Assembly: GCA_965655095.1 (NCBI GenBank)
Contig: OZ296652.1
Span: 21,204,001 to 21,268,000 of the forward strand
DNA length: 64,000 nucleotides
Origin: Haplodiscus bocki
Lineage: Eukaryota
Direction: 5' to 3'
The notes beneath the pieces are model-generated. The model was not told the origin of the DNA. It saw only the letters and a list, made by a program, of their open reading frames with translations, and ran no database searches. How positions within the stretch are numbered: position 1 is the stretch's first letter; each line of letters begins with the position of its first letter. Shown here one piece after another: positions 1 to 14,243 of this stretch. The position numbers and the translations under genes were made by a program.

Positions 1-3000
1 CTTTGTTTTAAGAACGTAACAGAAGCGCATAAAGGGATGACGGATGACGGGGCCGCAGCCTAATCAAATTGCAGAGTTAACGATATGCAAGCGTCTTGTG
101 AAAGTTACGTAAGCCGGTGCCAAATCTTACTCGGATACGCGGAGAAATTTGATAGAAGAAAACAAAAATTGAAAAAGGATGTTATGCCCAATAAAATAGC
201 AGCTGAGACAATTTGCTGCCAAATAAAAGAACTTCCTTTCGGCAAAACGATGGTCGCCTTATCGATTATGCGGGTGGCACAGCACAACAGACAAGAGGGC
301 GCCACCGCTTGTCAGAACTCACCAATGGTTGAGCTTGAAGAACTGGAAAAGGTACATTTGTGAGAAATTTGTGAACACTAGCCGTTTGTCCCAACCCCGT
401 GGAAGATTGCCAGATGATTTTTCCAAATCCCATAAGAGAACCAACAAAGGACCAATCATTCCAAAACTAACGAAGGCGATACCTTTCTCAGAGAAATGGT
501 AGAAATGGTTTCATCTCGTAAAGTTGGTCAATTATACACCTTTCGACCTCAAGAGGGGGAGTGTTCTACCAGCATGATGGAAAACATACACTCAACATAA
601 ATACGAATATGCGACTAGCCCTTGTTATATGTATGAATATTTGAATGATCCTAGTAAATTTTTACAACAGCAATTTATAGAGCTCTATAACAACACACCG
701 ATATGAACGCCACTATATCTCCATACTTCCTTCCACTTGGTATGAAACGATTTATGTCTTATTTACTGAAATCTGTGCTACAATAGTGCTAGTGAAACAT
801 CTACAGTTGTTTTAGTCACAGTTTTTCAAATTACGATAACTTGACTTCTTCAAGTGTTCAAGGCATAGACCTCTTGAAATCAGTGCATTGAGTGAAAAGT
901 TATTTGTTTTTATCACGTTGTAAATTTCTTGATATTAGCATTACGCATGTGACAGTATTCGCAAGCATCATCATAGGGCAGTTTAAAAATCAAGTTAGCA
1001 ACCTACTTCATTCCCATTCATTATTGTGAAAAGATCCGTCGCGGTTGAGACTGGAGAAACCAACAGTAGCACTGCGATTGAGAATTTGTTACAACATACT
1101 CCAAGGAGAATGTCAGATCCTTAATCCGAGACATCACCATGTGAAACTGTCCCGTCTAGGGACGTTGCCCGTTGCACGTCAAGGAAGAGCTTAACAGACC
1201 TACTCAACCAGCAGCCGGCTCATCTTTGTAAGCTACTGAAAAGTTTCTCAGCTAGCTATCACGAAAATTGCACTTTCACTGGGCTTGAAGGTTCAACATC
1301 CTATGATTTTTTCTTTCAGAGTAGTCAAGATTTCAGCGGAACACGATAGTTTATCTTTCATTGTCACTCTTAACATAATCTAGTTCGTTTCTTATCAAAT
1401 TTGGCTACTTTTGCCACACTGAAACCCTCAGGAGTCTGCAGCTGTCGACTTCTGCCTCCCCTGATAGAAAGCAACAAGAATCGATTTGACACCAAACGGG
1501 GAAGGCACATGAGGAGCTGACACCTGCTGATGACAGATAGCGCCGCTCAGCCCGTCACTGACACAGGCCTGAATTAGTGTCTCCAGAGCAGATACCGTCA
1601 TTCCAGCAAATGGGACGCCCCCAACTGGGCGAACTAAGCGCACAACATTTGATGATGGAAAACACGGAAGACACACTGACTTAGAAGGCAACACAAACAA
1701 GACTAGGAAAGAGATGACAGCGCACGACGAGGGAAGAGATGACAGCTCCCTTTCAGGCACGGAAACACACGGATAACAGCAGGCGACAGAAGGCGGACAC
1801 TTACCAAAAGACTTCTCAGGTTGCGATGTGGATCGCCGGCCATTTGTTTGGACATACCAAACAATTCTCCCAGAAAGGCATGGATGGATCCAAAGCCCGA
1901 AAGTGTTTGATGATTTCCTCAGTCCCGTTTCTACATATGAACGACAAAAAAGAAGTAATTACAGACACAGAGGAAGCGCACAGCCTACACCGAACACAGA
2001 ACATGCAACAGAAATGACGATGCAAAGTACAAGAAGGAATACTAACACAAAGATGGCTTTTTCGAAACTTCCACCAACTCAGAAGCGTGGACGAACTCAT
2101 CCTCACTGTCAAGATAGAACACGCCTTCCAGAACACGCTCAACACACGGTTCATTAGATCCCACTGCATTGCTCTTCTCGGTCCACTATGAAACGGCAGC
2201 GTCCTTTTCAAATCTTCAGTGATTGACAACTGGGACTGCTCGAAAACCCCTCGCTCGAAATTCTGACTTAACTAGCCAAGTTTTGATTCCAAAAATGGAA
2301 AAACATGATTGCCAGAAGACATGATTTGATAAGCACAGCTCTAAAAACAGACAATTTACTGACGTCAACGATTTTTGCCTGAAACACAACATGAAAAAAA
2401 GCAAAACCAAGAAATCTCAAAGCTCGCGTTGACCGGAAGGACTGATCGACCCGTGGGTCATCAATCACAAACCGCACACCTGACTCAAAGGAAAACAAAC
2501 ACATTGCCAATGCGTTTTTTTGACACACTTCAAAGAATGAAACAATATATGGTATTGAAATACGCTCGTGCATAGCTATCGAATTTCCCTTTTGTGAGAA
2601 ATTTTGAAAAAAGCCTAAATTTGGGCAAAAGAGAGACCAAGGGAAATCAATGAGATCGCTGCGATGAGAACCAGAGTGCGCGAAAGGCAAAAGGGATAAT
2701 GCCGCAAAATAAAAATCGATGATACCGCGTCGGACTAGAGACAAAAGCACCCATACTGGCGGTAGAAGGCAAACTTTCTGGAATCACGAATCAGTTGCCG
2801 AAATATGTGACGATCAAAAGACTCGACTTTGTTTTAAGAACGTAACAGAAGCGCATAAAGGGATGACGGATGACGGGGCCGCAGCCTAATCAAATTGCAG
2901 AGTTAACGATATGCAAGCGTCTTGTGAAAGTTACGTAAGCCGGTGCCAAATCTTACTCGGATACGCGGAGAAATTTGATAGAAGAAAACAAAAATTGAAA

Positions 3001-6000
3001 AAGGATGTTATGCCCAATAAAATAGCAGCTGAGACAATTTGCTGCCAAATAAAAGAACTTCCTTTCGGCAAAACGATGGTCGCCTTATCGATTATGCGGG
3101 TGGCACAGCACAACAGACAAGAGGGCGCCACCGTTTGTCAGAACTCACCAATGGTTGAGCTTGAAGAACTGGAAAAGGTACATTTGTGAGAAATTTGTGA
3201 ACACTAGCCGTTTGTCCCAACCCCGTGGAAGATTGCCAGATGATTTTCCCAAATCCCATAAGAGAACCAACGAAGGACCAATCATGCCACAACTAACAAA
3301 GGCGATACCTTTCTCAGAGAAATGGTTTCATTTCGTAAAGTTGGTCAATATTACTCCTTTCGACCTGAAGAGAGGGAGTGTTCTACCAGCATGATGGAAA
3401 ACATACACTCTACATGAATACGAATATGCGACTAGCCCTTGTTAAATGTATGAATATTGAATTATCCTATTAACTTTTCACAAAAGCAATTTATAGAGCT
3501 CTATAACAACACACCGATATGAACGCCACTATAACTCCATACTTCTTTCTACTTGGTATGAAATGATTTAGATCTTATATATTGAAATCTATGCTACAAT
3601 AGTGCTAGTGAAACGCCTACAGTTGTTTTAGCCACAGTTTTTCAAATTACGATAACTTGACCTCTTCAAGTGTTCAATGCATAGACCTCTTGAAATCAGT
3701 GCAATGAGTGAAAACTTATTTGTTTTTATCACGTTGTAAATTTCTTGATATTAGCATTACGCTTGTGACAGTATTCGCAAGCATCATCATAGGGCAGTTT
3801 AAAAATCAAGTTAGCAACCTACTTCATTCCCATTCATTATTATGAAAAGATCCGTCGCGGTTGAGACTGGAGAAACCAACAGTAGCAATGCGATTGAGAG
3901 TTTGTTACAACATACTCCAAGGAGACTGTCAGATCCCGAATCCGAGACATCACCATGTGAAACTGTCACGTCTGGGGACGTTGCACGTTGCACGTCAAGG
4001 AAGAACTGTAACAGACCTACTCACCCAGCAGTCGGGTCGTCTTTGTGAGCTAATGAAAAGTTACTCAGCTAGGTATCACGAAAATTGCACTTTCACTGGG
4101 CTTGAAGGTTCAACAACCCATGGTTTTTTCTTTCAGAGTAGTCAAGATTTCAGTGTAACACGATAGTTTAATTTCCAATGTCACTCTTAACATAATATAG
4201 TTCGTTTCTGATCAATTTTGGCTACTTTTGCCACACTGAAACCCTGAGGAGTCTGCAGCTGACGACTTCTGCCTCACCTGATAGAAAGCAACAAGAATCG
4301 ATTTGACACCAAACGGGGAAGGCACATGAGGAGCTGACACCTGCTGATGACTGATAGCGCCGCTCAACCCGTCACTGACACAGGCCTGAATTAGTGTCTC
4401 CAGAGCAGATACCGTTATTCCAGCAAATGGGACGCGCCCAACTGGGCGAACTAAGCGCACAACATTTGATGATGGAAAACACGGAAGACACACTGACTTA
4501 GAAGGCAACACAAACAAGACTAGGAAGGAGATGACAGCGCACGACGAGGGAAGACATGACAGCTCCCTTTCAGGCACGCAAACACACGGATAACAGCAAG
4601 CGACAGAAGGGGACACTTACCAAAAGACTTCTCAGGTTGCGATGTAGGTCGCCGGCCATTTGTGTGGGCATACCAAACAGCTCTCCCAGAAAGGCACGGA
4701 TGGATCGAAAGTCCGAAAGTGTTTGATGATTTCCTCAGTCTCCATTATAAATATGAACGACAAAAAAGAAATAATTACAGAGACGGAGAAAGCGCACAAC
4801 ACACACATAACACAGAAAATGCAACAGAAATGACGATACAAAGTACAGGAAGGAATACTAACACAAAGATGGCTTTTTCGAAGCTTCCACCAACTCAGAA
4901 GCGTGGAGGAACTCATCCTCACTGTCAAGATAGAACACGCCTTCCAGAACACGCTCAACACACGGTTCATTAGATCCCACTGCATTGCTCTTCTCGGTCC
5001 ACTATGAACGGCAGCGTCCTTTTCAAATCTTCATTGATTGACAACTGGGACTGCTCTAAAACCCCTCGCTCGAAATTCTGACTTAACTAGCCGAGTTTTG
5101 GTTCCAAAGATGGAAAAACATGATTGCCAGAAGACATGATTTGATAAATAAGCACAGCTCTAAAAACAGACAATGTTACTGACGTCAACGATTTTTTCCG
5201 GAAACACAACATGAAAAAAACCAAAACCAAGAAATCTCAAAGCTCGCGTTGACCGGAAGGACTGATCGACCCGTGGGTCATCAATCACAAACCGCGCACC
5301 TGACTCAAAGGAAAACAAACACATTGCCAATGCGTTTTTTTGACACACTTCGAAGAATGAAACAATATATGGTATTGAAATACGCTCGTGCATAGCTATC
5401 AAATTTCCCTTTTGTGAGAAATTTTGAAAAAAGCCTAAATTTGGGCAAAAGAGAGACCAAGGGAAATCAATGAGATCGCTGCGATGAGAACCAGAGTGCG
5501 CGAAAGGCAAAAGGGATAATGCCGCAAAATAAAAATCGATGATACCGCGTCGGACTAGAGACAAAAGCACCCATACTGGCGGTAGAAGGCAAACTTTCTG
5601 GAATCACGAATCAGTTGCCGAAATATGTGACGATCAAAAGACTCGACTTTGTTTTAAGAACGTAACAGAAGCGCATAAAGGGATGACGGATGACGGGGCC
5701 GCAGCCTAATCAAATTGCAGAGTTAACGATATGCAAGCGTCTTGTGAAAGTTACGTAAGCCGGTGCCAAATCTTACTCGGATACGCGGAGAAATTTTGAT
5801 AGAAGAAAACAAAAATTGAAAAAGGATGTTAGGCCCAATAAAATAGCAGCTGAGACAATTTGCTGCCAAATAAAAGAACTTCCTTTCGGCAAAACGATGG
5901 TCGCCTTATCGATTATGCGGGTGGCACAGCACAACAGACAAGAGGGCGCCACCGCTTGTCAGAACTCACCAATGGTTGAGCTTGAAGAACTGGAAAAGGT

Positions 6001-6889
6001 ACATTTGTCAGAAATTTGTGATCACTAGCCGTTTTTCCCAACCCCGCGAAGGATTGCCAGATGATTTTCCCAAATCCCATAAGAGAACCAACGAAGGACC
6101 AATCATGCCACAACTAACGAAGTGATACCTTTCCCAGAGAAGTGGTTTCATCTCGTAAAGTTGGTCAATAATACTCCTTTCGACCTGAAGAGAGGGAGTG
6201 TTCTACCAGCATGATGGAAAACATACACTCTACATGAATACGAATATGCGACTAGCCCTTGTTATATGTATGAATATTTGAATTATCCTAGTAACTTTTC
6301 ACAAAAGCAAATTATAGAACTCTATAACAACACACCGATATGAACGCCACTATAACTCCATACTTCCTTCTACTTGGTATGAAACGATTTAGATCTTATA
6401 TATTGAAATCTGTGCTACAATAGTGCTAGTGAAACGCCTACAGTTGTTTTAGCCACAGTTTTTCAAATTACGATAACTTGACCTCTTCAAGTGTTCAATG
6501 CATAGACCTCTTGAAATCAGTGCAATGAGTGAAAACTTATTTGTTTTTATCACGTTGTAAATTTCTTGATATTAGCATTACGCTTGTGACAGTATTCGCA
6601 AGCATCATCATAGGGCAGTTTAAAAATCAAGTTAGCAACCTACTTCATTCCCATTCATTATTATGAAAAGATCCGCCGCGGTTGAGACTGGAGAAACCAA
6701 CAGTAGCACTGCGATTAAGAATTTGTTACAACATACTCCAAGGAGAATGTCACATCCCGAATCCGAGACATCACCATGTGAAACTGTCCCGTCTGAGGAC
6801 GTTGCACGTTGCACGTCAAGGAGGAGCTGTAACAGACCTACTCACCCAGCAGTCGGCTCATCTTTGTGAGCTAATGAAAAGTTTCTCAG
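1..6889 (+). repeat. Tandem array of a ~2.82-kb unit: copy 1 at 1-2826, copy 2 at 2827-5646, partial copy 3 at 5647-6889. May extend beyond the window's left edge.
   Basis: ctttgttttaagaacgtaacagaagcg occurs at 1, 2827 and 5647. The ORF-track peptides MQASCESY..., MKRSVAVETG... and MLLSLVRRG... recur with the same period. Similarity stops after aagtttctcag at ~6889. Confidence 0.97.
3842..6250 (+). pseudogene. Decayed intron-containing protein gene that makes up the tandem unit (this entry spans copy 2 into copy 3); product unknown
   Basis: The exon MKRSVAVETG...GSS ends at a TT|gtRagc donor present in all 3 copies. In copy 1 the phase-compatible acceptor ccctcag|G at 1431 leads into a long frame (...MTAPFQARKHTD...) interrupted by scattered stops. 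Confidence 0.45.
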
Positions 6890-7422
6890 ATGAAGAAGTG
6901 CACAGATGTCACAAAGAGACCGCCTCCACAAGAACTGCTATTGATTCTACGGCAACACAAGCCAGTCTGACACTTGGATACAAGTGTGATGAATCTTGAA
7001 CGCCATCAAAAAAATTATGACGGTAATAATTTTGTTAATCGACTGCTCGTTGGCAGTACACAAAAAACAGATGCACGGGTGCGTCAGCTTCAATCAAGAC
7101 ACTTTGGATAGTTGGATCGTCTATCCCAGAAACGTTGTACAAAGTCATTTGGAAGCCAAATCATCCATAAACAACAATGATTTGGGCTTTAGTTGAACTG
7201 CCAGTTGGTTGATACTTGGGAATCAGAGATTGAATGTTTTAGGAAATTGAACAACGGACATACTATATTCCGGACTTGTCTCAGTAAGAACAAAAAGGGG
7301 GCAAGTAATGGGATAATATCCGTGGCTCAAAAAAGTTTGTTCATTTAATTTTTTCAACAACATGCAATTTAGGAGAAGATACTGTCTACATTTTCTTCTC
7401 AGTCGAAACACACTTGCCAGCT

Positions 7423-7438
7423 AGAGAGAGACAGAGAG

Positions 7439-7483
<45 letters not shown>
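7423..7483. repeat. (AG)n/(TC)n microsatellite forming the 3' tail of the LINE
   Basis: agagagag run read directly from the sequence. Confidence 0.95.
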
Positions 7484-7485
<2 letters not shown>

Positions 7486-10400
7486 TTTCTCTTTCGAGAT
7501 CCAAAATTCGTTGACAATTAGTTCCGACGATATTTCATTGACTGCAAGTACAATAAAAATAAAATGAAAAAGACAACGTGGGATTGACTTCTTTCTGCAG
7601 AAGTTACGCTTTAACTGTATGTTTGATGAAGTTTTTGAAACCATCGATTATGTTATTTTTCAACAAGAAATGTGCCATTGTGAGAGCACGACCGAAAAAA
7701 GAAACGTTTTCATAAAGCTTGGGGGTCAAATAACGGAGTATACTGGTCGTTGAAACTCGGAGTTGTTGTTCGGACACCTGAAACACTAAAAAAGGAGTAA
7801 ACACGAAAATGTCATTGTCATGTAAAAGTTGACAAAGAAATGAGAATGTAATGTACCCAAATGACAGGAAATAAGCAGAAACTGTGATCTTTGGAGGTGC
7901 TCTTGGTAAGATCGCTTGCGTCTAACACTCCAGGAGAATCAGGAACGTTGAATAAATTCCAGGCGCCTGAGTGATGTAATGTTGGGTTACGAAGCTGGGA
8001 AACCATCAAGCAAAATTGATAACATCATACTATGGTACAACTGCGGCTTTTTTGGAGGGGTTTTGAAGTGTAATATAGACTTCAGAGCAATGAAGATTTG
8101 ACGGGCCTTGTGCAAACTTTTTGTAACGTGATGGTTCCGTTTGAGATCATAATCAACGTACAAACCCTAGTTTTTGTGCAATTTTACGTTCTCAATTAGA
8201 AGGTCAGTCGGAAATGTTGTTTGACCGCTACTGGTAAAGTGAATACATTTAGGTTGTCAGAGTTCACGATTTTTCCAATTACTAGATTCCCGGGAAAAAA
8301 GTTGCCAAAAATGACCATAAAAACCGAGGTTAGAGAAAAAAAGTTTCACATCATCGGCAAACAGCCACACCATGCAGTCCAAGAAGATAGACGGTAAATC
8401 ATCATCAAAAACCAAAAACAAAAGAGGTTCAAAAACAGAGCCCCTAAGAACACAACTGTCGCAATGTATGAGATCTGGACTGATGTCACTGAAATGCACA
8501 TATTAATGTCTATTCGTAAGGTGAAAGCCGAGGAGTGAACCAAAATCTCATTCCAGGTAGATGCTAAATTTTCTGAGCAAGGTGGACTCAGGATTTTGTC
8601 GGAGGCCTTTTCATAGTAAAAAAAAAAGATTTACCGATTTCTCGTAATAAACGGATTACAAAAAGTCAATGAGATGCAGAACAGAACTTTTGAAAGACTG
8701 AAAGCTAAACTGCTGTGGACGAACTTCCGATTTCCAAGCTCAAAAAAAAGGAAACAAAAAAGCGTTTTCTCAGAAGCGAGAGAAAAATCTTAGGCAGCAA
8801 ATAAATTAGATGATAACACATCATACTGCTACGTGATCTTGACATCAAAACACGAGTTATTCGAGCAAATTTCCATATGGAGGGAAATATTTTACAGTAG
8901 AATATGAAACAAAATGAAGCTTAGAATAATATTTCACACAGAAGTGGACATCTTACAATTGTTTTCTTTGGGAAACAATCAAAAATAGAGACTGTGGACT
9001 CTTCAGTTCTCATAACTTCATATGTGGTAGAAGAACTGGAGACATAATCTAAAACAGAATCCAATTTCAGAGCACCAGAGTTTCGAATCGATCCATCATA
9101 AAAATTAAAATTGAAAATTCCATTAAAATCTTTGTTGAAAGTGGTTGGAATTTCAGATTCTAGTAATTTCTCCTGCAACAGAAACATTTGCTTCGGTAAA
9201 CTAGGTTTTTTGAGGCTGTTCAAAATCAAAAAGCATTGGTTGAAGCTTGAAAATGATGAACCATTGGTGTAGATAATCTTATCCGACTCAACAGAATCCG
9301 AAGAATTCCTTTGTAACGATTGAAGAAAATCAAGAGTGTTTTTGACGGGGGTTTTGGGATTTTTTCGTGTAGCTGTATTTAGCTTTTTCAAACAGTGAAT
9401 TGTATGTGAGCTGTATTAAAAGCGGTTGTTCCTCCGTACCTTGCTTTTGATAGGAAAACAAGTTTTTAGACTCCTTGAAACCAACGAATAAAACTCGTTC
9501 ACGTTGGCTTCTGAAGGATATGAAGTAAAACTAAAGTATTCTCAGGAACTGTGAACGTTCACCATTTCGGTAAGATTGTTGAACTAATATTCAGTTTGAT
9601 GTTGATAGAGCTTGTGAAATTCAGAGGAATAGTTAAAACTGTTAGATGAGTGGTGACTGATGGTAATTTTTTCAATAGAGTAACCAGTAATAAAGTTGTC
9701 TTTAGTCACGCTATTGGCAAGAGTTTTTCCACAGCGATGCGTTTGCCGAGTAGTGTTAAAAAGTAGTATTCAACAGAGCTGAGATATTCCGGGAACTCAA
9801 GTTCACGCTTGTTAAAGTTATGCTTAAATGACCACTCTGAGTCGGGGAACTTGAAGTCACCCAGCACGATGAGGGACATGTTGAACTTGTCAGGCGGGCA
9901 GAAGCTTTAGGTTTACCGAATAACATCCGCTAAACAAATACTGACAAAGTCGAAAGGTAATCTAAAGGAGCTTCTGACACGAGGTAGGTAGCAAAAGTTA
10001 AATAGAGTCAGCGAAAAATGAGAATTTTGTAGAGTAGCAGCGACAACAAAATCATAATTTTTAATGACTATCACTCCAGAAATGTTTAGAGCGGAGTTTC
10101 GGCGACAGAGAAAAATAACACGAAAATGAAAACCATGAACGCGATCCGTTCTTTTCACCAAATGGAAAATTGCAAATAAAGAACAGAAATCAGCATCAAG
10201 TAAGGGATTCAACAAAGTCTCAGATAAGAAAAGTGAATCCTTGTTGCGAAGTTCCAGAAGAATTTGCAAAAGAGCACGTTTTTTTGATGTCATTTCTTAA
10301 ATAATCAATAGTAAGAAATAGTTGTTGATAAGGCAATCGGATGAAGTTGCCATTGGAGATGTCAGATCTGTCTGGAACGATGCAAAGATATCATCCGCCG

Positions 10401-11152
10401 AAAGGTTTTCATCAAGCACTTCATCCTGGAATAGTTTAGATTCCCCGATTTGCAACAGATCACGCTAGAGACCCAAGTTGACCAAGGCAAAACGAACACT
10501 CAGCAGGGCCTTTTCTTTCTGTAGATCGTTTCACATCGACTACGTTTCAACAAATTTCCTGAGCCTTTTGGCAGGGACAATTTAGCTTTTTCAGCTTTTT
10601 ATCGTTGATTGAAATTAGCGGTGCTTCAATAGGTCGTGGTTTAGAATTTTGTTTGTGTTGGATTCAACTAAACGATTCGCGTGTAAGACCACGTTCGATG
10701 AAACTTTCAAAATGTTGAGAACTTCTTTCACAGCCCTCTCTCCGAGATTGTCATGAGCTCTCTCCTCAACGTTATAAAGTAAAACGCAGTCTGCTGTAGC
10801 CACATCATAGTCATGTTCTTTCAATGACTTTTTAACAACATCACTCCAGCTAGTGGGCAAAGAAGAGATTTTTGAGGATTGGATGCGATGGATGACGAAC
10901 AAACAGATTTGAGGTCATCCAATTTTTGATTAATGGAAGAAAACAAAGTTGAATCCGAGCTTGCTGCAGTTGCTCCACGGTATCTTTAAGAGGAAAGATC
11001 AGCCAGTCTTTGGTAAGTTTGCTAGTGAGAAGTCGGAAGTGGTCTGGTCCGGCCTCAAGAAGCTCGCCAATGCTCGGGTAATAGTCCTTGCCACCAACAC
11101 CAGACGTCGCGGACCCAGCCGTGGTTTTGACTTGATCATCAGCCATATTCAT
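7423..11152 (-). mobile_element. Decayed non-LTR retrotransposon (CR1/L2/Jockey-type): ORF1 plus APE endonuclease and reverse transcriptase
   Basis: RT motifs GSVFEPLLFLVFDDDLP...LFADDVKLF (8257-8499). APE motifs LFLSETLLNP (9913-10293) and IVLGDFKFP (~9845-9875). ORF1-like WSDVVKK...VLLYNVEE...NRL (10615-10902). Many stops and frameshifts. Confidence 0.88.
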
Positions 11153-12012
11153 ATGAAATTATTTAATAAGTGTATCATACTAATTAGGCTATCACAACGG
11201 ATAGACTTGTTCTGGGATGTTCGCGCAACATAGCGTGAATCCATGTGCTTCATTTGTCACTTATTACTTGCTATCGTCCTCGTTGCCGTTACATTTCTCA
11301 CAATTTGTTGATCCACTGGGTGATGCATGCCGTCCAATACGCCGACCGCTCCATCCACAATCGTTTGTGGAGCTATCTCAGTTTATCGCAACAAATAGGC
11401 TTGAAATTTGGAAAACCAGAAACTTTGCTAAAGAAGTTTTGTCTACAAAAAAAACGCTTTCATCCTAAAAAGTATCTTTTTAAAAGTTAGAGGGCGGCAA
11501 CTATGCCGTTGGTAACCGGCTTTTTTGTTAGCTGTTGTATTGAAAATGAAATCCTGTTTGGGTTGGCCATTGGTTTCAGTACGAGCTTTCCCATTTTAGT
11601 AGACGTTTTCGTTTTGGTTGTCTATTTTCGGGTTACGGACAAGCTTTTCCGTAAAGTTTGCTAATGAATACGGTGAGCAGTGTATCTTTTTTGAGTATCC
11701 GCTAGAGAGATAAAAGAGAAATTGAAAGAAAAGCATTGAGATTAGCCTTTTCAGTGTCAGTTTTAGCAGTTCTATCTTCCCTATACATTTCAGATGGAAG
11801 TATTGAGGCTCCTATTAATTTCTTGATGTACTTTTGTAGACTCAAGAATCTGTTTGAGAAACTTTTCCTTTAAAACATTTTTTCCTGCGTTAGTTGCTTC
11901 GTTATTCGAATTTAGTATCCTTTTTACTATTGGGGAATATAAAAATACAACAGTTTCTTGTTCCCTATTAAGAGAGTATCATCATCACGAAGGTTATTGT
12001 TCCAGTTTTTGA

Positions 12013-14243
12013 ATGGATGATATCAGCGCGCATAGCTTAGATCAGATGAAAGTACCTGAAATTCGGAGTCTCTTGGCAGATCGTGGTTTGGACACCACTG
12101 GGTCAAAAGCTGCACTCATAGATCGCTTGACTGTTTACACAAAACAATCTTGTGACTTTGCGACGCATGAAAATAGCAGAGGTACTAACGGCAATACGGT
12201 GCACCCAAAGAATGACAAAGCTCAAGACGATGGTAAATTGTTTTCATCACTTTAAGCAATCCTTTTTTGATATACATTTTAAGCAACATCAAAGCTGTAG
12301 TCTAAATTGCGGCTCCAACAGCCATTTCAGGTTTAGTTAAATTTTTAGAGCTAACTAAACTCGAGAACACCGCATTGGATGTTGAGAAGAACATAGAAGA
12401 GACTGTAGAAATGGAGAACTTTGACGGCTCACAGGAAGAGACCACTTCCGTGAATGAAGGTTTGGACTCGATGAACGAAGACGAGCTGGACGAAAACTTC
12501 GTTGGTGAGCAGGACTTCCTTGAATTGGACGATCTTGGTGGTTCTCTTGAAACAGACAAAAAGCCGACATTGGTTACTGATATTACTCGAGGCCCACCCA
12601 AAGACGAGTCCAGTGAAGGAACTAAGAACACAACTTCTGGCAATGTGACGGACACAAAACGGTCATCCGGAGATGGGATCAAAGGGCTTTGGATTGCGAA
12701 TTTGGCCTCCGAGACGCGAGCAGCTGACTTGAAATCAATCTTCAGTAATTTCGGTAAAGTTGTCAGTGCCAAAGTGGTTACGAGTTCAAGTGCAAACAGT
12801 AAAAGGTACTACGGGTATGTTGTTATGGAGAAATCCCAGGATGCTCAAGCATGTGTAGATAATTTGAATAACACTGAAATTCATGGTAAAGTTATTTCTG
12901 TTCAAAAGCGCAAAGATGAACCAGGAAATAAGAAAAAAAATGATGCATCTAAATCGACAGATAAAGCTGCTGGTAGGGCATCCAGCACGTCCCAGAAAAC
13001 AAAATCATCTACAGAAAAACCCAGTCCTTCGAGTAAATCAAATTCCGGAACTGCAGCTCCGGTGATAGACGCTCGACAGAAAATTGAAGAGAAAGGAAGA
13101 AAGAAAGATCCGTCTCAAAGCAGTTCTAACGGACGAAAATCATCACGTGCTAGGAGTCATCATTCTAGTGAAAGAATGAGTACAAAAAGTAGGTTACTTG
13201 ACAGCAGCAGCAAGAGTCGTCGAAGCAGAAGTCGCTCACGTGAGTATGAAGAACGAAAAGACGAATTGCGGAGGATTCTTGATCGCAAAGCAGAGCTTAG
13301 AAAAGAAAGCGACAGAATTGCCCGCGAACGAGAACAAGAGTTGCTTTTACGCGAACGTGAAGAGCGACGTTTGGAAGAGGAAAGAAACTTACTAGTCCGG
13401 GAAAGATTACAAAGAGAAAAAATAATGAAAGAGCGTTTGCAATTGCAACGTGAAATACTTATGATGGAAAGGGAAAGAAAACTGGAGGAAGAAAAACTCG
13501 TGGAAGAAGCTGAAACTCTGAAAAAGCTAACGAGGGCACGAGAATCAGAAATGAATAGAAGTATTGACGAAAGACGAAGTGTGGATGAAAGACGTCGACG
13601 GCATTACGACTCACCTCCTCGAGATCGAGACCATCGGGATCGGAACGGAGATACTTCTCGCAGAGATCCAAAGTACCCTCGATCAGATCATGACAGAGAC
13701 CGAGAAGATCATGGGCGATCCCGTGCACCCTCCAGAGATCATCGCAGGAGAGATCCTACTCCTCCAAGACACACAGAAGACAGGGACAGATCTTCCCGTT
13801 CTTCTCTTGAACGAAATCGACGAGTTGTATCCCCGCCCCATAGCAGTGCAAATTCTATGTATAACTCAAGAAATGACACAATCAGTCCCAGAATTATTCA
13901 AAACACAGGAGTGCCGTCGCACCGAGCTTATGATTCGAGGAATGATGTCATTAAACGAACGATTTCTGTTCAAGACTCGAGAAATCGAGTCATTCCACCT
14001 GACCATCCCCGGGCATTACAGCAGCAGCAGCAACAAGGTTCGCACTCAATCACTGCACCTGCAGTTTTGAACGTTCCAGCATCTTCCTCTTATGGAATTT
14101 TGCCAGACCCCAGAAGCTTCTATCAGCAACCACCCAGTTCAACTGGGCGTGAATACAATTCACATCATTCGGATAATAATAATTACGCATCAGAAATTTC
14201 TTATGGCTCTGGCCGACCCCAGCGAGGCGTTGGTTTGAGATAA
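12013..14243 (+). CDS. SAFB: Scaffold attachment factor B / SLTM-like protein (SAP + RRM + E/R-rich coiled coil + RD/RS-rich tail). Exons 12013-12232 and 12349-14243, ~704 aa.
   Basis: SAP motif LDQMKVPEIRSLLADRGLDTTGSKAALIDRL. SAFB-type RRM LWIANLASETRAADLKSIFSNFGKVVSAKVVT...GYVVM...LNNTEIHGKVISV. A phase-1 GT-AG intron (12233-12348) joins the two ORFs in frame. Confidence 0.93.

Noticed and set aside
1432-3400. Alternative genetic code or stop readthrough in the array gene
   Set aside because: TGA, TAG and TAA stops and frameshifts all occur, and neighbouring host genes use standard stops.
1-6889. Tandem unit as a 5S rRNA, snRNA, SL-RNA or histone cluster
   Set aside because: No recognisable 5S, U-snRNA or histone sequence; only a weak Sm-like aattttgg.
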